DNA of 64,000 nt from Rhynchobatus australiae (GCA_034780895.1 JAUZTB010000087.1:87203441-87267440); one strand, 5' to 3'. Numbered from the stretch's first letter, positions 1 to 14,477 are shown. A program made the numbers and translations. Notes: generated by a model not told the origin, from the sequence alone.

Positions 1-1945
1 GTGTATTTAAGGTTTAGGAAGCAAAAGTCAGACAAGGCTTTTGAGGGTTATAAAGGTAGCTAGGAAGGAGCTCAAGAAGGGACTTAGAAAAGTTAGAAGG
101 GGACATGAGAAGGTCTTGGCAAATAGGGTTAAGGTGTTCTACATGTATGAGAGGAACAAGAAGATGACTAGAGCGAGTGTAGAACCGTTCAGAAATTGGG
201 GGGGGGGAGGAAACCTNNNNNNNNNNNNNNNNNNNNNNNNNNNNNNNNNNNNNNNNNNNNNNNNNNNNNNNNNNNNNNNNNNNNNNNNNNNNNNNNNNNN
301 NNNNNNNNNNNNNNNNAGATGACTAGAGCGAGTGTAGAACCGTTCAGAAATTGGGGGGGGGGGAGGAAACCTATGTCTGGAGGGGAAGGAGGTAGGTGAA
401 GTCCTGAATGAATATTGTGCTTCAGTGTTCACCAGGGAGGGACTTGGACGAATGCGAGGTTATTGTAGAACAGGCAAATATGTTGGAGCACATCAAGGTT
501 AAGAAAGGTACTAAAAAGCATTAGGATAGACAAGTCCCCGGGGTCAGACAGGATATTTCCCAGGTTACTATGGGAAGTAAGGGAAGAGATTGCTGGAACG
601 TTAACGATGGTCTTTGCGTCCTTCCTGTCCACAGGAGTGGTACTGAAGGATGGCAAATGTTGTTCCATCGTTCAAGAAAGGTAAAAGGGATAACATCGGG
701 AATTATAGACCAGTGAACCTTACATCAGTGGTGGGCAAATTATTGGAGAGGATTCTTTGGGACAGGATTCATCAGCATTTGGAGAAGCTGAGTCTTTAGG
801 GATAGTCAACATGGCTTTGTGAAGGGTAGGTTAAGCATCATGAGCCTAATAGAGTTTTTTGAGGAAGTGACAAGACAAATTGATGGAGGTAGTGAGGTGG
901 ATGTGATGTATATGGATTTCAGCAAGGCATGTGACAAGGTTCCCCATGGTAGGCTCATTCAGAAAGTCATGAGATCCACAATTGTGGATTCCAAATTGGC
1001 TTGCCTACAGAAGGCAAAGGGTGGTAGTAGAAGGGAAGTATTCGACCTGGAGGTCAGTGACTAGTGATGTTCCGCAGGGATCCGGTCTGGGACTCCTGCT
1101 CTTTGTGATTTTTTTTTTTAATGACTTGGATGAAAAAGTGGAAGGGTAGGTTGGTGGTGTAGCAGATAGTGCAGAAGGTTGTCATAGTTGCAATGGGATT
1201 TAGACAGGATGCAGAGCTGGGCAGAGAAGTCGCAGATGGAGTTCAATCTGGAGAAGTCTGAAGTGATACACTTTGGAAGAACGAACTTGAAGGCAGAGTA
1301 ATGATTAATGGCAGGATTCTTAGCAGTGTGGAGGAACAGAGATCTTGAGGTCCAAGTACATAGATCCCTTAAAGTTGCCACACACGTGGATCGGGCAGTT
1401 AAGAAGGCATTTGGTGGTGTGCTGGCCTTCATTAGCCGGAGGAGCCGAGAGGTAATGTTGCAGCGCTACAAGACTCTAGTTAGACCACACTTGGTATATT
1501 GTGTTCAGTTCTGGTCATCACATTATAGGAAGGATGTGGAAGCTTTGGAGAGGGTGCAGAGGAGATTTACAAGGATGCTGCCTGGATTGGAGAGCATATC
1601 TTATGAGGAGAGGTTGAGCGAGTCAGGGCTTTTCTCTTCAGAGCCACAGAGGATGACAACAAGGAGACTTGAGAGGTACAAGATTGAGAAGCATAGACAG
1701 AGTGGACAGCCAGCATCTTTTCCCCAGGGCAGTAATGGCCAATACTAAAGGTCACCCTTTTTTTAAAAATATACAGGGGGGTGGGGATCGAGCTGATATG
1801 ATAGGGTCATTTAAGAGACTATTAGATAGGCAAGTGAACAAAAGAAAAATAGAGTGTCATGGGAGGTGAATAGAGGGGGGAGATAGATTGAATGGGGATA
1901 AGCACAACATTGTGGGCCGAAGGGCCTATACTGTTCTATGTTCTA
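1..1945 (+). mobile_element. CR1-clade LINE, decayed ORF2 (RT) through 3' end
   Basis: Fragmented ORFs carry CR1 motifs (VDVMYMDFSKACDKVPHGRL; YKTLVRPHLVYCVQFWS; LERVQRRFTRMLPGL). The 3' tail is gggccgaagggcc...gttctatgttcta. Many stops and frameshifts. Confidence 0.93.
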
Positions 1946-2464
1946 AAATGGAAACCAGCATCAAAATAAAAAGAAGGTGAATAAATTTAGGCAATACTTT
2001 TAAAACACTCTAGTCGAATGACAAATGACCAAACCTAGTACAAAATAAATTTCAACAAATAAATCAGGAAATTAAAGTAGTAACTGTTCAAAACCCAAAA
2101 GAAAAAGAGTACAGCACTGATACAAATGCTACTGACCCAATGAAGTAACAATGACCTATATAACAGGAATGTAAGGGTTGCAATAAGGATAGTGATAAGA
2201 ACATTCCTCCAGTATAACAAAGACTAGAGAATTTGGTGTTCTTTCTGAAAAAAAAGCAATGCAGCTCTGAAACAAAATGAGTAATTTCTAATTTAGTCAC
2301 TAAAAGAGGATTATACTAAGTGTTCAAATTTATATAGTGCACTGAATCCCTAATAAAATTTAAAAGGCAATTAAGCAGAAATAGTTTCTAAAATAAAGAT
2401 ACTCATTACCAACATACGAGCAGAGCTAGATGGGCCATTTGCTAGGGTGATGAGACAAGAAGAT

Positions 2465-2960
2465 GTTCACATACAAATACAGGCCACTCAGCCCCTCAGC
2501 CCGGCTCCACCATTTAAGATAATGGCTGGTGTGATTCTAACCTCAACTCCACATTCCCATCTACCTCAGTATCTCTTCACCTTATCAAGAATCTATCCAT
2601 CTCTACCTTAAAATATTCAAAGCTTCTGCTTCTACTACCCTTTGAGGAAGGAAATTTCCAACACCCATGACCCTCAGCAAAAAAAAAGTTACCTCATCTG
2701 TCTTACAGTGACCTTAAGTCCCCTCTCAATCTAAATTCCAGTGGATAAAAGCTTAATATAAAAACAAAGTGCTGTAAACATTCAGCAGGTCAGGCAGCAT
2801 CTGTGGAAAGAGAACACAACTAACATTTCAGGACTGAGAATCAAGCCTTGCCTGTCCAACCTTTCCAGGTATTCGTCTGGTAAAACTTTTCTGAACTGCT
2901 TCTCATGAATTCACATCCTTCCTTACACAAGTACTTCAAAGCAGTCTCACCAATGCCTTA
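2465..2960 (-). mobile_element. Old CR1 3' fragment containing a Penelope-like short repeat (~2762-2835)
   Basis: Reverse-strand CR1 3' signature (ggccactcagcccctc...ctatccatctctaccttaaaatattcaaag). The insert reads tgctgtaaacattcagcaggtcaggcagcatctgtggaaagagaac. Confidence 0.6.
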
Positions 2961-5599
2961 TATGGCAGAAATACAACCTCCTTTTGTATTAAACACTAGT
3001 AAGATTCCAAGGATTGAAAGCAAGTTACTAAGGGGCAATTTAATAAACTTGGACAGCCAAAATGATCCTCATCCACCAACTCAGTGGATGATTATGGATG
3101 CTTAAATTCCTGAAAGTCAGCCCAGAAACAAAAACTCAAGTTCCTAATGCCTGTTCGGTATCTTAGAAATTATCTATACAGTGCCAACATTTCAAGTGCA
3201 CTATTTCTGGACCACACCACATCAAATGCATTCATTTAGCATCAACAGACCTTCCTATATAGTAAATACGAGGGACCTCTATGTAATAATGTAAAACGGC
3301 TTGTTGGACTTGGCAGAGGAAGATGCTGGTTGAAGTTCCTATAGATCCAAGACATGGTACATTACCAGAAGCTTGTGATGGAAGTTCCACATGACAAATC
3401 TTTTTAAAAGAAAATCAGAAAGTATCAAACTAGGTTAGCCAAAAAAAGTACTAATGGAAATTTGAATGAGGGAAGATGTTGAATGGAGTACGACAACATC
3501 CACTGCTGCTTGTAATCTACATTAGAAAATCCTAAATTAATTCTTAGAATTTGCTCTTGGAGAGTGGAACTTAAAGAAAATCTCTTTAGGTAGTGTGGTA
3601 TTCAGGATTTAGTGAGTTGATTTGTAACCTTTTGAACTATTAAAAAGCAACAATTGCTTCCTATGGCAATAATAGAGTTAACTTTAATGATACATCCCTA
3701 TTTTCTCAAAGACTTGAATTTATATTTTCAATGATAGCATCAAAAACTCACTATGTGGGAATATATGGCCACAAGGCTATATAGATGTAATCACCATACC
3801 ATTCCTGTAACTAGGATTTCTGCATAAAGTGAAATAATCCTCTTAACATTGACAATGCCATATTATATAGACACCAAGTAATAGGGTNNNNNNNNNNNNN
3901 NNNNNNNNNNNNNNNNNNNNNNNNNNNNNNNNNNNNNNNNAATGCTGTAAATATACTTGGGAGTCATAGTTCAAAGTTCACTATTACAGTTGATGTGGGT
4001 TTCCTCTGAAATACCTTGAAGATGACTAGGCTCACCACATCCACATTCTAAACTTTTTTTTCAGCTCTCCTAACCAAATTGTTGTCAGCAGGATCGAGCC
4101 AACAGGAACTGAATCATTCATAATTCTTAAATACTAAATATTCATGTCACTCATGTTAAAATTACTGCACAGATGCCCAAAAGTCCCCAATTTATTTGTG
4201 CTGATTCATTTTCCCCTATTACATGTAGAGAAGGATCCTGCCACATTTCTACTAAAAAGGCAACACTAACTTGCCAGCAAGAAACATCTTTTCAGTGGTG
4301 TGACTGAATGGCCATCTGGCTGCAGCTGCTCAGAAAGACTAGCATAGCCAACTACACTGAATAATTGGTTAAGATTTGCCCCAAATTATGAGAAAAAGAT
4401 TAGGATCCCTTCATACAGATAAGGAATATTAATTCCTAGGAGAGATGGTCCCCTCCAAATGGATCTGGTTCAATTATGATTCAAATACAAACTGATTCAT
4501 TCTGATTAATTTCTGGAATGGGAACCAAGATGCAATGATTCGTTATTGGAAATAGCATACATCCTAAATAAATGTGTTCAGCATGTCAGCAAGTAAAACA
4601 AAAATGTTATGATTCCTTCCTCCGTCTGTAGGATTAGAATCAGATCAAAAGAATTTTCAAATAATCTTAAAATTAGCAAGATTAAGTAGGATGATGCATT
4701 TGTGAAAATTATTTTAAAGCAAATTGAGTTTGCAAACTTGTTTAGCAAAAATGCTAGACAACTTTCTAATACCATGCAAAATACTCTGATAGTGGAAATG
4801 TGAAGAAAAGTGTCTATACACAACAGGTGAGTAGCATCTGTGCAGAGAGGAACAGTGTAACATTTCTCTCATTGCTTGAGTGCCAACTATTTCTAGCATT
4901 TTCTGTTTTGATTATAATTTTCTAAGCTGATTGGACTAGATTTTTTCCAAGTTTTTGATATTTTGACTAAGTGTACCTGGATGAGGAACTCCCATGAGTA
5001 ATATGCGAGAATATCCCACCATTATTCTCTCAATATCCAATTTTGTTTGGTCAGATAAAAGATCATTATGCAATATTTCAACAACACTGATTGACCACTT
5101 CCCTTTTTCTATTTTAAGAGTCGAGACCCCACCCCCCTCCCAACCAATAAGACCGTAAGCCAGCTATTGGATGGACACTCTTAAAGTTATCATTATATCC
5201 TGTATCCAAATTTAATAAACGTCTGCTTTTAGAATCCAAGTATAGAGACTAGATTCATGCAAGTGTCATGGTAGATTTGCTTGGTTTAAGCTAGAGAATT
5301 AAAATGAGCCTCTACTTTTCTATGATGTTATTAGTTGGCACAAAGTTCTAAGAACCAACTGGTGCTCCAGCAGTTAATGAGATGGTAACAACCTTTGAAT
5401 TGCTCAGACCAGCAGGGTTCTCAGTTTTGAAAGCTGGTCTGAAGGTAGTGAGTTGATTCCAGACTCTGGATAGCATTATTTCTATTGATCACTGTCCCAG
5501 CCCACGGAGGTAGGAGATGGTGGAGGAAATTCTCAAAAGTTTCAGCTTTGGATGCCATGTTCCTACCCTACTATGAAATGAATAAAATCATGTCCTGAT

Positions 5600-7350
5600 C
5601 TCATACAACCATTTCTACTTCAAATCTTGCTGATCTCTATCCCAATTTTCTACTAGATCCTCCCTAAGATTCTGCACAGTGCAAACAGTTCTGCTAACTA
5701 ACTCCACCTGACACCTTAAATGTTTTGCCTGCCTTTGCTCACTAAATTTTTGACAATAAAGCTGCCCAGTTGTTACAAAACTCCCCAGCTGGTTCTGTCC
5801 TTTCAGGAAATGATCTGGACTTAAATCCCTAGCAAATCATTTAAGACATATTAGGGACAGACGATGAACGATTAAAATCTCCTGCGGTTTCTTATGAACT
5901 TGATCATAGGCAAGGCATAACCATCACCACTCACTTCCTGGTATCCTTCTGAACTTATAAACTCCTTAACAGCTTCCAATGCACTCATTGTCCTCTGGAA
6001 AAGTATTCTCCATACCATTCACAAATGGGCTTCAAATTCCCTTCCAGAACTCCATCCAGTGCTATTGGGCATTTTTCTTTTAAATTGCATATTATTCCAA
6101 ATGCTATCTTGGGTTTTTTTCTCCATAACAAATCATCCCCTTAAATTTCTCTTCACTGATGGACTCTGACTTCTTGGTTACGAGAATTGGAGACACCTGA
6201 TCAACAACTTCTTCCCCCACCTCTAAATCTCTTATTCCATCCTCTGAAAATTACTGGCCACAAACTCTTCCTGTTACTTTGCAATTTTACATTGCACATT
6301 GTTTCTTCTCATTAGATATTCCTTTGAATACCACTGTCAATCATCCGCTTTGTTACAAACAAACCTGGCACTTGTCTTCAAAAATGACCAACTGTATCCC
6401 CAACCTACCTCTTCCAAAGACTATACCCTTTAAATCCACACCATTGTTCTAAAGATCCAATAGATTTTTATCCCTAGCACAACAGGAACTGAACAGAACC
6501 CTCTCACCACAGCTCACCAAACACCCCCACTCTGCAGCTGTTTAGTCAAGCACAACATCCACTTTCAACACTTCCTCTGCAGTTTCGTCCAGTGGGATTG
6601 TCATTGCTTTAATCCAACCTAATTTCAAGCATCTCCAGAAATATCTTTCCATCCCACACATATACTTCTTGGGCACCGATATTGCCGCACTGGGCCCATA
6701 CTTGCCCACCCTATTCAATTGCAGTCTTTTTGTTATAACCACTCAACTTCTTTACATTGCAATCTAATCTCCCTCTGTGCCAACAGCCTTGAACTGCTCC
6801 AATGCCTGTCAGACAACTCAACCCCAGCTATTATAACAAGCTGAAGCAGTTTACTTGTGAACCTTATCTGATTGACTGCAACTGTGGCCCCTCAATCCAC
6901 AATTATAAAGACCATCTGCAATAGCACCTGACACCTCTATTACAACTAGTCTTCTGCTGAGGTCACACCAACTTACTTCATCACTTACAGGTTAAAGAAT
7001 ACTAGAGTTGTCCCAGCCCATCTGTCTTCCTAAACTCCAGACCACGACAACACCTCTGCTGTCCCATCTCCCAAGTCTCAATTCAGCCATTACTTTAAAA
7101 TGGAACTCAATTTAAATCCTTTCAGGCTCACCTTCAATATTTAATGCCTCATCCACCCAGTGATCTTCCATGAGCTCTCATTTCACCCCTCACTCTACAC
7201 ATTCACTTCTTTTCCAGCTCACCATCAACAGATGTGCCTGCATCCTAAGTGCATTTCCCTCCTTCAAACCTTCTGCCTTGCTACCTTCAAGAATTTCATT
7301 TCAAATTGTTATGCCTCTGAATCATCTTGCAATGTTTCTGTACATTAATG
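5600..7350 (+). mobile_element. Highly decayed L2-like LINE
   Basis: C/T-rich, G-poor composition with L2-like 3' phrasing (caatttaaatcc..., ccttcaaaccttctg). No intact ORF. Confidence 0.45.
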
Positions 7351-8559
7351 GGGTGTTACACATGCACGTTGAGTGAAGCATGCTCAGATGGTATGTCCCA
7401 TGATAGAACCTGATCATCCCAATTGTTATGTTGAATTTTGGACATGAAGAGGACTGACTGCAGTACCATGAGCTAGACTGAGCCCCTTCTGTGAAAGTGA
7501 CAAAGGTTATTGCAAAAAAAAAGTTTTGTTCAAGACTGCAAGCTAGAGAAGTTCAATAAAAAGCAAGTCTTGAAAGAGGCTTCCAAAAATTGGCAAAAGG
7601 AAGCAGTAGGTGAATGGGAGACAACAGTTTACTAAGAAGGGTCATGAAGGGAGCTTTTGCTTTTCACATTGACATAATCAGGTATCAGTTTTAGCAACAT
7701 TACAAATTTGCAAACTCTAGATTCATTTATACAAGATTGTGATAGGTCACCTGGTTGGATCAGCAACAGTTAGCACCTGTCAAGAGTTGTGCTCAAGTCA
7801 ATGTAAAAAGTACAACATTTTGCTCAAATATGTACAGAGACAGTTTATACAGAAATGTGGTGAACCATTAAAATTCAAAATATTTAATTCATGGCGAGTC
7901 AGTAACTGCCCCAATACTGAGTTACTCAGCTTTCAATGGCAAAAAGCATCTCTGGATGTGGCTTGTGGTACAGTGTTAGGGACTTTCTGACAAAGTTCCT
8001 TGGCATGTTTTAACCAATATTTATTTTTAACTTTTTTTTGGTTCTACCTGCTCAATACTGTACATTCTGCTCCTGACAGAAGAGTGGGACTTACAGTCCA
8101 GAGACAGACATTTCTCATCAGTCAATCCAAATCTGGCATTTCAGCATTATTTTGCTCCTCAACAATGAGCAAAAGGTTGTAGTAAAAGTAATGGAATTAA
8201 AAATTATATTGGGATAAAGACAGTAAAATTTACCATGAAGGGCTGACTTTATGCAGACTTAACCAGCTCAAGAATATCCCTGATCAGCACAGTTATTAAT
8301 GCAACCTAGTTTCTCACTTCTAGCAGATCTCAATGAATGATTAAAATAGTCATAGGCATTGTCTGTTGTGTGACAAGGGCCAAAAAAAATGGCACTTGTC
8401 CAGGGAATCAGATTAGATTTGTATTTACTGTTCTGAATTGCAGGCTCATCCATCTACAAATGACAAATATCAATGAAACACACTCACAGGCGTTACATGT
8501 TTGGGGTCGGGAGGGGTGGGGGGCGGCAGGCAGCAGGCCGTGCTGCTGCTGTCTCATAG

Positions 8560-8860
8560 CTCCAGCAACCTGGCTTCAGTTTTGATCGCCAGTACTGGCT
8601 GTTGAGTTTGCACATTCTCTCTGCAACCACATGGGTTTCCCCCAGGTACTCCAGTTTCCTCCCACATCCCAAAGACATGCTGGCTTCTGTAAATTAGCTG
8701 TAGTACAAGAGGGTGATAGGAGAATGAAGGTGGAGCTGATGGGCATGCAAATGTAGGTTACAAGGAACTAATTACGGGAAATGGGATCGATTGAAATGCT
8801 CAGAGCTGGCAAAGACTCAATGGACCACATGGTCTCCTTCCATTGAAATATAATATGGAA
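8560..8860 (+). mobile_element. tRNA-derived SINE (HE1/V-SINE-like)
   Basis: Core gagtttgcacattctc...tgggtttccc ccaggtactccagtttcctcccacatcccaaagac, repeated elsewhere in the window. Confidence 0.8.
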
Positions 8861-8964
8861 AGAATGTAGTAGTTTGCCAAAATAGTGTCATCATCTAATC
8901 TGACACCAGTGCACAGAAAATATGATGTGTAAGAACTGAGTAAATGTTCCCATCCATTCCACCT

Positions 8965-9535
8965 GAATGTGTCGACACAGGTGGATGGGGTATCGAAGAA
9001 GGCATTCACACGCTTGTCATCATAGGGCAAGGCATTGAATATAACAGTTGGGACGTCATGTTATAGCTGTACAAACATTGGTTAGGGCATTTGGAGTATT
9101 GTGCAGTTCTGGTCACCACACTACAGGAAGGATGTGGTAGCAATAGTGAGTGCAGAAGAGATTTACTAGGATGTTGCCTGGAATGGAGGACTTTGCATAC
9201 AAGGAGAGATTGGATAGGCTGGGTTTGTTCTCACTGGAACAATTTATAAAATCGAGGGGCATAAATAGGGTAGATAGAGTCTTTCTTGTAGGATGGGGAG
9301 TCTAGAACTGAAGGGCACAGGCACACAGAGGGTGTTGGGTGTATGTAATAAGCTGCCAGAAGAAGTGATAGAAGCTGATACAGTTACAACATTTAAAAGA
9401 CATTTGGACAGGTACATGGGTAGGAAAGGTTTAGAGTGATATGGGCCTAATGCAGGCAAATGGGATTAATGTAGATAGGCATCATCATGGTCAGCAATGG
9501 AGGAGTTGGGCTAAAGGGCCCATTTCTATGACTAT
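8965..9535 (+). mobile_element. CR1 LINE 3' fragment
   Basis: Similar to 1380-1940 (gacacaggtggat...ggagtattgtgcagttctggtcaccacactacaggaaggatgtg). Confidence 0.88.
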
Positions 9536-9559
9536 ATCTAAACAGATTTCTGAAACAAT

Positions 9560-9890
9560 TGGGTGGCACAGTAGAGTTGCTGCCTCACAGTGCCAGATAC
9601 ACATGTTCAATCCTGTCTGTGTGAAGTTCGCACATTCTCCCTGTGACTGTGTGCATTCTTCACCCCCCCCCCCCCACCACCACACACCAATGCTCCCATT
9701 TCTTCCCACATCCCGAAGATGTGCGGTTTGGTAAGTTAACTTGTTGTTGTAAGTTGTCCCCAGTGTGTAGGTGAGAAAGGAGCTGATGAAAAAAAAAGGA
9801 TTAATGTAGGATTAGTGTAAATGGGTGGTTGATGGTTAGCATGGACTCAATGGGCTGAAGGACCTGTTCCCATGCTGCATCTCTGTGACT
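9560..9890 (+). mobile_element. HE1/V-SINE-like SINE
   Basis: Head ggtggcacagt, core gcacattctccctgtgactg...tcccacatcccgaagat, CR1-like tail atgggctgaaggacctgtt. Confidence 0.82.
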
Positions 9891-12800
9891 GTTAGAAACA
9901 CTAGTAACATGAATTGGTGAGAGAACATTTGGCAGCACCATGTTCTCTTATGGGCCAATGTAGGCAAGCACACTCTTGGTGGGTCCTCCAGTTTTTACAA
10001 GCAGTAGATGAGAAAGTTAAAATGGGATGTTGGATAGTTAAAGAAACCAGAAATACTGTACAGAATTTAAGAAAAATGCCATAAAATCTTAGTCATGTTA
10101 AGTTGTGTACAGCTTCTTTAATGATATTACATTTCCCACAATGAAAATCCAAGTTGACCAATTTTGCTACCAGCATTTGATGACCAAGATCAGGAGCATC
10201 CAGATAGGAGATTCTGGGAATAAGTACACATCTCATCACTCCATGGCTTCAGACAAAACAGCTACTGAAAGGATCCATCCAGTTACAAGTGTAATACCTA
10301 CTCCAGTTTTAATTGCTTACTTTTTAAATCTCTACCAGAAAAAGGAGTTCATTAGGAATGTGCTGGATCACCATAAAACCATGCTAGAACTAAATCTGTT
10401 ATTACCTTTGTATGCAAATGTTAAGTTATTGTTTAACAGCTGCTAATTCTGAATGTGCAGGTCACCGTCTCAACAAGGACTTATGCCATTACTCCACGAC
10501 ACTGCATTTTCCTTAAAATGAAAACTAGGAAATTTCAAAGTAATAACCATTTTAACCCTTCAGGAAAAAATATCAACTGAATTTTATTAGGCAATGATAT
10601 CACAGATTACAATTAGAAAAAAGGGTAGTAACAAGGCAAAAAATACATCATGTGCTTTTCCTCGTGATGGAGGTAACTCAGTGCCACAAGAATGATGAAG
10701 TCATCATTATTTTAGCCAAAGTTTCTCTCATCCTCCTCAATGTCTCATTGATTGACTTGGCTCTGTACCTCAGTGTGGGAAGAACTAATATTTCCACCCA
10801 TTAAATTCAGCCCCAATCCTCCCACCAGCACCAGATATTCTGCAGAGCATGATTGGTTGTGTAGGAAGCCCTTCCTCCACAACTCCATGATCAACAATAA
10901 TAAATGGAGAAAATTCAGTTCACATGAGGCCCCTCCAAAGGTTGAATGTAGCGGGTATAAAGAGAAAAAAAATCTAAAAATTTTATTAAGGATAAATGCT
11001 AATTATATACATGTTGAAACCTTGAATTAAAAACATACAAGCCTTTATAATGATGAGATTATAAACGTGATTAATATCAACATCCTTGGGAACTTATCGA
11101 TGTAGCTGACTCAGTCTGGCTGTGCAGCATTCCCAAGGGCCTGTGTGCAACTTCCTGTGTGCAGCTGATGCCTGAAGCTGCAAGAGGATGAGATCTACTA
11201 GTTGGCAATTGGAGCCTTGGAAATTAAATAGCTTCAGTCACTTACAGCATTCACAGAAGTAAATTACTGCCTCTTAAAATGTTTCACTTATTCAGTACTG
11301 CTTCCACATGCACCACCCTAAATTCATGCCCACTTACCAGAGACTCCAAAGCAAATCAGGAATGCAAGCTAGTCTAATAATGGTAGATACTCCCAGGCCC
11401 TTGTGGTGACCTACCTGCTCTGCTTATCAGCTCTTGTGTAAGGTTGCAGGCATTAACATTCTTTTTCTTTGTGATTTTCATGGTTCCATGAAACTTCTCT
11501 GGTGGGTTTTTCTTAGAGATGAAAGGAGTAGAATTCTGTACCCTGGATTATATGGCCAATTCTGACAATTCTGGGCTAAATCTGGTAGAATTGCCACAGA
11601 AACCTGGCCTACACAATACTAATCCACAAAACTTAAGTTAGCTCACCCATTTTTGTATCATGGGGTCAGTTATGAAAGAACTGCCAAAAATAGTGCACAC
11701 ATTTTCACCTTCTTCAGGAGCCTGTTCATACCAAAAATCAAGATTGAGGGAGTATAAAGTGGGTGTATTCATAAAGTGGGGGTAATATTAAACTTATCCA
11801 AATCATTGGGTGTGCTGACTTTGGAAACTTTACATTAGGAAAGCATCAAGACCAAGGTACAACAAATCTATTCCTGGCACCAGGGCTAAAGTTCAAGGAA
11901 GCTTTAGTGATCTAACCTAAAAAAACCTTTCCAAAAATGTCCTACTTAACTTAGAAAACTGAATTCAATTAAACACCAAAACTGGATATTGGAAGCTGAT
12001 AGGTTGTTTGGACAAGAACTACCCAATGAAAAGCAGTGGAACCAAAAATAATTTTCAAAAGAAAGTGAAACAGGAGGTGAAAAAAATGAGTTAAATGGAT
12101 AGTTCTTCCCAAAGCTTATAATGTGATTCTATACCTTAAAAATTTGAGTTCAATATAGTTTAAGGTAATCAATACATAAAGCTATTGGCCTGTGAAAATC
12201 ATGGAAACTATACCAACAGACTTATCCCATGTCACAGATAATATCAAGGAACTGGTGGTGTCTGACATGCCTTCCAGTTTACATGTCTTTCTGCCATGTA
12301 TTACCAAAGTACAGAATGCTGCAATTCCTGGATCTTGCAGTTTGATGCTTATGCAATTGTGTGGGTGTCAAATTGAGAGAGAGCAGGGAAATAAGCATCA
12401 TCAACATGATGATTAGGGCCCAACTATCCAGTTTCTTTGTCCTAATAAATAGGAGCTATTTTGAGCTTTAAAATAAAAATATTTGCTGGCAAGAGACATT
12501 AAAAAAAAATCAAAATTTAAATAAAAGGCTCACTAGCTTTGCTCCTGAAGGTTTAGGGATATCAAAAATGGTTCCCTGCCATGAAAAGTTGTTTTAACTC
12601 ATCCTACTTGTCTTGTCATCTGAAATGTCCATGACTACACGTATTTATGGAATGCAGTGACCCAGATTTTGCCAACAGTTCCTATCTGTGTACTGCTGGT
12701 GGATTCCCCAATTGAGTCCAGTGGTGCACTGAGAACTTCATCACTATTTATACTATAAATCTATACTTGCATTCAACACAAAGTTAGAAATATTGCAGGT

Positions 12801-14066
12801 ATCCACCAGCCCATTGATTTGAATGGGGATTGTAGGGGTGTACAGAGGACAAGTACATTCTTTTCAGTGATTATTTTGTTTTATTTTGAATGATTTTAAG
12901 GATTTTATTTTCAACACTTTTAAAAAGTGTCAGAATATCAGAAACTCTCAAACATTTAAAAACTTTGACAGCATTGGCACATGGCAAAGCTGTGGGCGGA
13001 GCATTGCTGTTTGTCAAAGTCTCACAGAGGGGTTTTGGGAGCAGGGTTTGTTCCGACCTACCTCCTACCCACATAACTCATTTACATTGTCTCACCATTT
13101 AACTTCAGAATCATCTAGTTGGGCATTCCAGATCTGGAGAAGGAAAATTCAGGGCAATTTTGGGTGTTGCTAGCAGGAAGCATGTCCTACCTTAGGAACT
13201 CAGGCCAATTATTCTCATTCCAGATGGCAAAAACTGGATGGCTCTAGAATGTTACCTGTCTGCAGTGAACTGGCCAGCACTCCTTTTCCTGGCAATGACT
13301 GCCAGTCTGCAAGGGTGTGGCAATTAGACTTTCACACAAATTGAAAACCAGACCCATTGGACCACACCTTTAATAAGTATGGAAGGAGTTGTTGGCGCCA
13401 GGGCCTCAACAGTTTCTGCAATAGTTGTTGGGAACTCCACCCTTAATCATCAGTCTTATCTTTTAAGTTTTTATTGCTGCTCCTTTATTATTATTTTCCT
13501 GTTCAACACTTCAAAATATAGGTATTAGGCTGCATGCAATTTTTGTTTCATTTTGACCCCAGTCGTGCTTTCTAGTTGCCCTCTCCTCTGTCCCACCACC
13601 AAATATCCTTCAATTGAGTGCAAGCTTTACAAGTGCCATGCAATAACCTTCCAGGAACTGAAGTCTACTAATCTGAGGCAGTTACAATTTTCTCTCACAC
13701 TTAAGTGCTGCAAGATTCTTTTAAGCCTCTGATTTTGTAACATTCAGCATTATCAAATTGATATGGAAATCAATCAAAACAAAATCATAAGGTTTTAAAT
13801 ACATCTAATCTGAAACGTAGTACCCAAATAATTTGTAAAAGGCAGTCTGACCAACCCACATCAAAGATAGCAGAGTGCAAGTTAACGCCAGCACTGACTG
13901 GCAGTTTAAACATTAACAATCCACTACAATAAAAAACATTCTCCCCGCCCCTTTTAATATTCCCATTCAAATTTATACTATCAATTTATAAACAGCATGA
14001 TTTAATACAATATTTCCAAATGATTCATTGAAGAAAAGAGTGATTAGACTGTTTTTTCTTACTCAC

Positions 14067-14274
14067 CGGTCTGATTAAGTCATCGCTATGATCAGCATTC
14101 TTTCATCAGTATTTCCTCATGGCACCACGCTGCTGCTGTTAGCTGGAAGTCCCCTCCATTACACTACTGCTTTTTTTTGGGAAAAAAAATCTTTTAAGCA
14201 AATCTTGTTACGGGATGCCACTTCTGTCAACCGCTGACACTTGAGCTCTTTAGAGAAAGTCGCTATTTCACCCC
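14067..14274 (-). other. Non-coding 5' leader exon (or 3' part of first exon), 208 nt, uORF-rich
   Basis: Acceptor actttctgtttctttttgttgaacAG at 14275 and strong donor CCG|GTGAGTAAG at 14066. Five AUGs, all closing within the exon. Confidence 0.75.
14075..14159 (-). other. Mini-uORF cassette: MEGTSS* (14139-14159), MRKY* (14106-14120), MKEC* (14092-14106), MLIIAMT* (14075-14098)
   Basis: Direct translation of the minus strand. MRKY*/MKEC* share a TGATG stop-start overlap. Confidence 0.6.
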
Positions 14275-14477
14275 CTGTTCAACAAAAAGAAACAGAAAGT
14301 ACATGAGCAGAAAAAAAAACTCAGACCACACATGTCGCTGCTGGTGTTTTAAAGAGTATTTCTTCTTCCTTTCACAAGAGAATACAATTTAACGTGCCGT
14401 TTAAAGCGCGTTACACTCGGTAGTCCAGGTCCGAGGCGCTTCAGGTGCCCACTTATTGTTGTGGCCAGTCGCAGTGA

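Noticed and set aside
161-372. Exact 56-bp direct repeat flanking a 100-N gap (similar cases at 44275/44390, 45249/45389, and near-identical at 29135/29466)
   Set aside because: Typical unmerged contig overlap, an assembly artefact rather than a biological repeat.
11338-11511. Possible minus-strand exon with donor CTG|GTAAGT
   Set aside because: The acceptor is weak and no recognisable product or other support was found.
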